From: Thermoanaerobaculia bacterium
GTDB taxonomy: Bacteria > Acidobacteriota > Thermoanaerobaculia > Multivoradales > Multivoraceae
DNA: 64,000 bases
NCBI GenBank assembly: GCA_963664405.1
Contig: OY761158.1
Location: 1,056,001 to 1,120,000, forward strand
Direction: 5' to 3'
The notes under the pieces are model-generated. The model saw only the letters and a program-made list of their open reading frames with translations. It ran no database searches and was not told the DNA's origin. The translations under genes and the position numbers were made by a program. Below are positions 57,591 through 64,000 of the stretch, one piece after another. Numbering within the stretch: position 1 is the first letter of the stretch; the number at the start of each line of letters is the position of its first letter.

Positions 57591-59744
57591 CTCGGGCAGA
57601 CCACCGTCGACCCTTTGGGGTCTGGCATCTTTTCGAGATCGAAGGTTTTCGCTCCGGTCTCCGGATTGAGCGCAATCGTGCAATTGGTGTAGAGCGCGTC
57701 GTTGGTGATGCCCTCTTCGTCGCTCGCTTCGAGCAGAGGACCGGTGTCGTAGGTGGGCGCTACGCCGTAGTAGACGAGGTTGAGCTCGGAGTCGTAGGTC
57801 CCCTGGTGCCACACCGAGCCGCCGCTACGCTTGTCGTAAGGCACTCCGTTCCAGCTGTTGCCGCCCGGCTCGCCCGGCTTGGCGATGGTGTCGAAGCGCC
57901 AGGCCTCCTTGCCGGTCTCGAGATCGAGGGCGACGAGAAAACCGCCGCGTGAGGCAAAGCTCGCCGTTACGCCCTGAATGACTTTGCCGCCCGCAATCAG
58001 TGGCGCACTCCGCAGCACATGACCACCCCGTCCTCCTTCCGGAACAACGATATCGATCGCCTGATCCCAAACCAGCTTGCCGGTCTTCGCTTCGAGCGCC
58101 ACGACATGGAGGTCGGAGGTGGGCACAAAGACCTTGTCGCCGAACAGTGCGATGCCCATCTTCTGACTCGAGCGTCCGCCCATCTCGCGCTGATAGCGCC
58201 AGAGCACATCACCGTTCTGGGCGTCGAGAGCGATCGTGGTGTCGGGATAGGCGTGCAGGAACATGATGCCTCCATGCACCAGCGGCATCGACATGCTCGA
58301 GCCCGGCCGTAGCGCGGTCCGCCACGCCGGAGCAAGCTGGGCCACGTTTTCGGTGTTGATCTCTTCGAGCGGGCTGTAGCTCAGACCATCGGAGCCGCGC
58401 CCCCAGGAAAGCCAATCGTGCGCTTGAGGATTGGCCAGCATTTCGGCGCTAACCGGAGTGAGATTGTCGAGCCTGGACGCCTGCACTCGCGACGCTTCGA
58501 CGGGCGCGTCAGGATCGAAGGTGGCGCCTTCGAGGAGCGGAATCTCGAGCTTTTCGAGCGCTTCGAGATCGGAGGATAAAGCCCCTCCGGCCGCAAACGC
58601 GTTCGCCTGCAGGAGGAATGCGATCAGGTTGGTGTGGGTCTCGTCGTCGAGAGTCACCGCCTCGTCGGGCGGCATGCGACGAATGTGGAACGACAGAACA
58701 TCCACCGTCTTGCCGCGCCAGTTCTGATCGAAGCGGTCACCCACCAGGCTCGGTGAGATGTGCGTCCCTCGCAGCTTGACGCCGTGACACTCTGCGCAGT
58801 GCTCGGTGTAGGCGACCTGACCCGCCGAGGCCTGCGACTCCGAGTAGGTGATCTCCGAGCCGGTCTCCTGAGCGTTCCCCTTCTCCGCCGGTTTCTCGAA
58901 CTGGGACCCGTCGAGATCACCGTTGAAGAGTGTTGTCGCGTCGTACTCGTAGCTCACAGTGAGGCCGGCGATCGGGATTGAAGTGACCGTTGTGTGAGGA
59001 AGGTTTATCCCCTCGACGACTTTGTAGTCTGCGAAAGCGATCTCGAGGATGTTGGGAAGCGCCATCCCCTGGAGGAGATGAGTCTCCTTGTCGAGGAAGT
59101 AATCCAAGGGGCTGCCGGTGATCTTCAACAGATCACACGCCACACCGCCGAAGTTGCCGTCGCCGGCTTCCTGGAACACGGCAGCGCCGTACTGTCGGTA
59201 GACCGAGGCAAGGATGCTCGGGGTGGCCGTGACCTTGGCGATACCTAGTGTCGTGTCCCGGAAATGCCTGCCTAATAGATCGAGGTCATTTCGTTCGCTG
59301 CCAAGGCGCGGCGAGGCAGGCATATTGGGAAATCTGTCGGCGAGGCGTAACGAAGGCAGCGAGCGAAAGGGGCCGAGCTATTGGGTAGGCATTTCTGGGA
59401 CACGACACTAGCTCGCCCGCATCCATGTCGCTGAGCCCCTCGAGTGAGCTGTCCTTCCAGCCTCTTTCGCCAATCCAGCCGGTCCGCTGCGAGAGCTCAG
59501 CCGTCGTCAGGGCGACAAAGCCTCTGTCGTTCTCGAGGTCGTAGGCCTCCTGGAACAGTCCACTCCAACGGCCTGCCGCGCTGTCGATGTCGACTCTTCC
59601 AGATCGCTGCATCGATTTCAGAGCAGCCAACATCTCCACTCCACCCACTGCAGTCATGTGCTGCTCGACCCGTTGTTGAGCCTCGGCTGATGGCAGAAAG
59701 AGACTCGCAGATAGGGCGACAGTCCCAAGAACGCTTCGAAACAT
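57591..59744 (-). pseudogene. Secreted cytochrome c / PQQ-dependent dehydrogenase fusion, disrupted
   Basis: Signal peptide; CAECH; WLSWGR..YSPL..IN..NV..L, ALDxxTG..W repeats; frameshifted by copy B, 3' end replaced by copy D. Confidence 0.85.
59245..59411 (+). mobile_element. 167-bp CTAG-bounded hairpin element, copy B, inserted in a CDS
   Basis: 34-bp IRs with 3 mismatches; removing 163 bp restores GAG-CTA-GGT (E-L-G) frame. Confidence 0.9.
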
Positions 59745-60005
59745 TGCGCAGACTCCTGACTCTTCGGATGATTCGAGCGCGAGTCGATGAACCCTCGCGA
59801 ACAAAACCGCGCTCAGATACGACGGTTCACTCTAACCACTATGAGTAGGCAGAACCATCACGACTAAGAAACCTACCTCCCAACTACCCTACGCTTTGCC
59901 GTCCGAATTGTTCGAAACACTCCATCGATCCCGTCCCACCGCCGCTAGGAGAAGTCGTTCGTGGAATAATGCTCTCGATCCCTGAACATCGAGAGGAGGC
60001 TCCAC

Positions 60006-60173
60006 ATGCGCCGCGCCACACTTCTTCTGATAGTCGCGCTCGTCGCCGCTCTGCCCGCGCTGGCTGCCGACCCTGGCGCCGAGGTTTTAGACGCCAGATC
60101 AGCGCTGGAGGCTCTAAAGGCACTCGAAGGCGACTGTGACCCAATCCAGATAATTTCGAGATTCAAGAGGTAA
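60006..60173 (+). pseudogene. N-terminal remnant of a secreted protein
   Basis: GAGGAGG RBS; MRRATLLLIVALVAALPALAADP...ALEALKALEGD then stops at 55 aa. Confidence 0.45.
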
Positions 60174-60175
60174 GT

Positions 60176-61576
60176 ATGACGAAACGAAGCGTCCCCAAGC
60201 TCCTGCTGGCCTTGGTCGTGACCGCAACACCGATGTCAGCACAGTCGGCGAAGAAGCCGAACATCATCGTTCTCCTCGCCGACGATCTCGGTTATGCAGA
60301 TCTGGGAGTGCAGGGCAATACCGACATCCCGACGCCACACATCGACTCGATCGCTCAGGCGGGAGTGCGCTTCACCGACGGATACGCGAACCACCCCTAC
60401 TGCAGCCCCTCCCGCGCGGGGCTGCTGACCGGCATGTACCAGCACCGCTTCGGATTCGAGCAAAACTCGGGGCCGGAAGAGTACTCGTCGAAGGAGTTTG
60501 GGATACCGCGGGATGTTCCGATCCTTTCGGAGAGCCTGAAAGCGGCGGGCTATCGAACCGCCTGGCTGGGGAAATGGCACGTCGGCTTCGAAAAAGGGCT
60601 GCGGCCTCACGAGCGGGGTTTCGACTATACCTACGGCTTCCACGCGGGGGCGATGAACTACAACCCCTCGCCTCGCAGCGACGGAAAGATCTTCCGCAAC
60701 GGCAAGAAAGTGAAGCACGAGGGCTACCTCACCGACGTCTTCGGCGAGGAGGCGGCCGCCTTCATCAAAGGCACGCCGCGCACGACTCCCTTCTTCGTCT
60801 ACCTCGCCTTCAACGCAGTGCACCTACCGCTCGAGGCTACACCTCCCCACGAAGCCGCCTTCGAGGCGATCGCGGACAGCGACCGCCGGACCTACGCGGG
60901 AATGCTCAAAGCCATGGACGACGCCGTCGGCAGAGTGCTCCAGACCCTGCGCGAAGAGGGGATCGAAGAAGACACGCTGGTCTTCTTCTACAGTGACAAC
61001 GGCGGTCCCACCGATCGCACCACGTCGCGCAACGATCCTCTCCGCGGCGTCAAGGGTCAGACGCTCGAGGGCGGCATCCGCATCCCGTTCATGATCCAGT
61101 GGAAGGACCGACTGCCACGGGGCGAAGTGCGCCACGACATGGTGATGGGCTTCGATGTCCACGCCACTGCGCTTGCCGCCGCGGGAATCGATTTCTCGAA
61201 CCGCTCCAAGCCGCTAGACGGAGTGAATCTGCTGCCTTATATGCTGGGCGAGAGCGACGAAGCCCCGCATACAGAGCTGTTCTGGCGTGACCCTTCGAAC
61301 TATGCCGCACGGGTCGGCAAGTACAAGCTCGTCCGTTCCAGGGCCGCCGGCGCAGACCAGCAATCCTCCAGCACCTTCAGCAGCGCCGCCGATCAGCTCT
61401 ACGACCTCGACGCCGACATCGGAGAAACGAAGGATCTGGCCGCTTCGCACCCCGAGGTGCTGAAGCGCCTTCAAGCAGCCTACGCCCGCTGGAGCAGCCA
61501 GATGATGGCTCCGCGTTGGGTCCGTCAGGACCGCCGCAACGCCGAGATCGGTGGACGACTGAGGAAGAGCAACTGA
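60176..61576 (+). CDS. Sulfatase (Cys-type), secreted
   Basis: LADDLGY, CSPSRAGLLTG, GKWH, SDNGG. Confidence 0.93.
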   Translation: MTKRSVPKLLLALVVTATPMSAQSAKKPNIIVLLADDLGYADLGVQGNTDIPTPHIDSIAQAGVRFTDGYANHPYCSPSRAGLLTGMYQHRFGFEQNSGPEEYSSKEFGIPRDVPILSESLKAAGYRTAWLGKWHVGFEKGLRPHERGFDYTYGFHAGAMNYNPSPRSDGKIFRNGKKVKHEGYLTDVFGEEAAAFIKGTPRTTPFFVYLAFNAVHLPLEATPPHEAAFEAIADSDRRTYAGMLKAMDDAVGRVLQTLREEGIEEDTLVFFYSDNGGPTDRTTSRNDPLRGVKGQTLEGGIRIPFMIQWKDRLPRGEVRHDMVMGFDVHATALAAAGIDFSNRSKPLDGVNLLPYMLGESDEAPHTELFWRDPSNYAARVGKYKLVRSRAAGADQQSSSTFSSAADQLYDLDADIGETKDLAASHPEVLKRLQAAYARWSSQMMAPRWVRQDRRNAEIGGRLRKSN

Positions 61577-61589
61577 GAAGGAAGACAAG

Positions 61590-63458
61590 ATGAAGAGAGC
61601 GCACACAGTAATCTGTCTCGCCCTGGCGCTCCTGCCGTTGCCGCTGGTGGCCGAGGACGACTACTACTCCCCTCCCGCCGACCGCACTCACCCGATCAAC
61701 GTCTACTGGGGCGACACCCATCTCCACACCTACATGTCGGTCGACGCCAATGGCATGGGGAACCGCTCGCTCTCACCCGACGTGGCCTACCGCTTTGCCA
61801 AGGGCGAGGCCGTCCGGGCCCACAACGGACAGCTGGTGCGCCTACGTCGTCCGCTCGACTTCCTGGTGGTCGCCGACCACGCCGTCAATCTGGGGGTGAT
61901 GCCGCGCGTCCAGGCTCTCGACCCGCTGATCCTCAAGACCGAGGTCGGTAAGCGATGGCTCCAGATCCTGAGGGAAAACCCCATCCACACCGGTGAGCTC
62001 TTGAACGCGGATTCGCCGGAGCCGCGCAGAGCGGCTATCGCCGCCACCAGCACCAGCAGCGACCAGCCGGAGCGATTCTTCTGGCGCGCGTGGTCTACGG
62101 ACGGTGTCACCGACCCGGCCTTCAGGCGCTCGGTCTGGGAAGAAGTCTGCGCCAATGCCGAGCGCCACAACGATCCCGGAAACTTCACTGCCTTCATCGG
62201 CTACGAGTGGACACCGTCGACCCAGGACCCCAAATCCCCCAACCTCCATCGCAACATGATCTTCGAAGGCGGCGCCGAAGAGGCGTGCCAGGTTCTGCCT
62301 TTCTCCATTCACGACAGCAAGAACGTTGAAGACCTCTGGGCCTACCTCGAGGATTACGAAGAGCGTATCGGCGGCAAGGTCCTGGCCATCCCGCATAACG
62401 GGAACTTGTCGAGCGGGGCGATGTTCGCGCTCACCGACTATGACGGTAACCCGATCGACGCCGACTACGCACGCACCCGCGCGCGCTGGGAGCCTCTCTA
62501 CGAGGTCACCCAATACAAGGGCGACGGCGAGACCCACCCGCTGCTCTCCCCCACCGACGAGTTCGCCGACTATGAGACCTGGCGTCCCGACACTCCGGTG
62601 GAACAGAAGAGGACCGAGTACGCCCGCAGCGCCCTCAAGCTGGGACTGGCGAAGAAGGTCGAGCTCGGGATCAATCCCTTCAAGTTCGGCATGATCGGCA
62701 GCACTGACGCGCACACATCGCTTTCGACCGCGGAAGAGAACAACTTCTGGGGGAAGACCTCGCTGATGGAGCCCAGCCCCTACAGGACCAGCAGCTGGAT
62801 ATACAGCGCCTCGGGAATGGCGGCAGTGTGGGCGACAGACAACACCAGAAACGCTCTCTTCACCGCGATGAGGCGCAAGGAGACCTACGCCACCACCGGG
62901 ACGCGGATGATCGTGCGTCTCTTCGGCGGTTGGGACTTCGAGGCCACGGAGGCCCAGCGACACGACCTGGCCGAGATCGGCTACGCCAAAGGTGTACCGA
63001 TGGGTGGAGATCTGACCCAGGCTCCCCGAGGAGGGGCGCCCACTCTTCTGATGCGTGCCGCAAAGAGCCCTGACGGGGCGAATCTCGACCGGATGCAGGT
63101 GATCAAGGGCTGGCGGGACAAGCAGGGCGAGCTCCACGAGAAGATCTACGACGTAGCCCTCTCCGACGGGCGCACTCCGGACCGAAGCGGCGCCGTTGCT
63201 CCAGTCGGCAACACCGTCGACGTCGAGAACGCCACCTACACCAACAGCATCGGTGATCCCGAGCTGGCCAGGGTGTGGAAGGACCCGGACTTCGACCGTG
63301 ACGAGCTGGCCTTCTACTACGTCCGTGTGATCGAGATCCCGACCCCGCGCTGGACCGCCTACGACGCCAAATACTACGGCCTGGACCTCCCCGACGAGAT
63401 TCCGGTGATCACCCAGGAGCGCGCCTACACCTCGCCCATCTGGTACGTCCCCGAGTAG
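61590..63458 (+). CDS. DUF3604 domain protein (PHP-like metal motifs)
   Basis: WGDTHLHT, DFLVVADHA, GYEWT, IPHNGN, GSTDAH, QERAYTSPIWY. Confidence 0.88.
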   Translation: MKRAHTVICLALALLPLPLVAEDDYYSPPADRTHPINVYWGDTHLHTYMSVDANGMGNRSLSPDVAYRFAKGEAVRAHNGQLVRLRRPLDFLVVADHAVNLGVMPRVQALDPLILKTEVGKRWLQILRENPIHTGELLNADSPEPRRAAIAATSTSSDQPERFFWRAWSTDGVTDPAFRRSVWEEVCANAERHNDPGNFTAFIGYEWTPSTQDPKSPNLHRNMIFEGGAEEACQVLPFSIHDSKNVEDLWAYLEDYEERIGGKVLAIPHNGNLSSGAMFALTDYDGNPIDADYARTRARWEPLYEVTQYKGDGETHPLLSPTDEFADYETWRPDTPVEQKRTEYARSALKLGLAKKVELGINPFKFGMIGSTDAHTSLSTAEENNFWGKTSLMEPSPYRTSSWIYSASGMAAVWATDNTRNALFTAMRRKETYATTGTRMIVRLFGGWDFEATEAQRHDLAEIGYAKGVPMGGDLTQAPRGGAPTLLMRAAKSPDGANLDRMQVIKGWRDKQGELHEKIYDVALSDGRTPDRSGAVAPVGNTVDVENATYTNSIGDPELARVWKDPDFDRDELAFYYVRVIEIPTPRWTAYDAKYYGLDLPDEIPVITQERAYTSPIWYVPE

Positions 63459-63496
63459 CCTGTGTGGCGCGAGAAGCCTGGCAGCAAGAGGTCTGA

Positions 63497-63620
63497 ATGC
63501 GCCGTCCTCGGCGCCATGTTCCGCAGCCGGAGGAAGTGATACCGATCACTTCCGTAGGATGCACCGTCCTCGGCGCCATGTTGTATAGCCGTAAAAAATG
63601 ATAGCCATCATTTCCGAAGG
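63497..63620. repeat. Two tandem 62-bp units, each with a hairpin
   Basis: ATGCRCCGTCCTCGGCGCCATGTT shared; GGAAGTGAT-ACCG-ATCACTTCC versus AAATGAT-AGCC-ATCATTT. Confidence 0.8.
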
Positions 63621-63649
63621 TTGACGGCAAGCCCCGACGCTGCTACCTT
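63621..63649 (+). promoter_or_regulatory. Candidate sigma70 promoter TTGACG-N17-TACCTT
   Basis: 17-bp spacer with TG extension, upstream of the thiolase RBS. Confidence 0.35.
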
Positions 63650-63688
63650 CCCTAGCGCTCGACACAAGGTAAAAAAGGAGTTTCCCCA

Positions 63689-64000
63689 ATGAGAGAAGCA
63701 GTTGTAGTTGCCAGCTCACGCACCCCCCTAGCCAAATCTTTCCGCGGATCTTTCAATATGACCCGTCCCGACGATCTTCTGGCCCACGTGCTCAAAGATG
63801 TGCTCGCCAAGACCCCAGAGCTCGACCCCTCCGAGGTCGAGGACGTGATCGCCGGCTGCGCCAATCCGGAGCGTGCCTCGGGCTCGAATGTGGCTCGCAT
63901 CGCCGCAGTGATGGCCGGTATGCCGGTCACTACTCCCGGTACCACCGTCAACCGCTTCTGCTCCTCGGGACTGCAGTCGATCGCGATGGCGGCAAACCAG
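63689..64000 (+). CDS. Thiolase (acetyl-CoA C-acyltransferase), partial
   Basis: MREAVVVASSRTPLAK...EDVIAGC...TVNRFCSSGLQ; AAGGAG RBS. Confidence 0.92.
   Translation, partial: MREAVVVASSRTPLAKSFRGSFNMTRPDDLLAHVLKDVLAKTPELDPSEVEDVIAGCANPERASGSNVARIAAVMAGMPVTTPGTTVNRFCSSGLQSIAMAANQ

Noticed and set aside
57275-59323. 682-aa ORF as an intact gene
   Set aside because: Its start lies inside element B, and its tail reads through element D and antisense VOC sequence
61842-63137. 431-aa minus-strand ORF
   Set aside because: Antisense shadow of the DUF3604 gene
63497-63620. Possible mini-CRISPR
   Set aside because: Only two units, the would-be spacers resemble each other, and there are no cas genes

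Overview
GC-rich bacterial chromosomal window, metabolic/accessory in character. The gene style (many secreted proteins, sulfatases, DUF3604, PQQ/cytochrome fusion) suggests Acidobacteriota or a similar uncultured lineage; this is inference only. It holds about 45 intact CDS, including tyrS, a single-chain acyl-CoA carboxylase, a HlyD/TolC/DUF2955 efflux cluster, a kinase plus REC-TrxB fusion, VapBC and two sulfatases. Several genes are broken or remnant (serpin, TetR C-terminus, pentein, TolC, serine hydrolase, NUDIX, PQQ dehydrogenase). Mobile DNA includes a 3,326-bp four-ORF IS21 with a 5-bp target duplication, a RAYT-like HUH transposase flanked by GGGTGGNACC motifs, and a 33-bp TIR-only palindrome with an 8-bp duplication. 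The most striking feature is a family of ~167-bp CTAG-bounded hairpin elements (three full copies, one half copy, two possible variants). Their outer arms differ in sequence but keep base-pairing, while an inner AAGGCG...AACG core is conserved, and one copy demonstrably inserted into a gene. No rRNA, tRNA or CRISPR array was seen.
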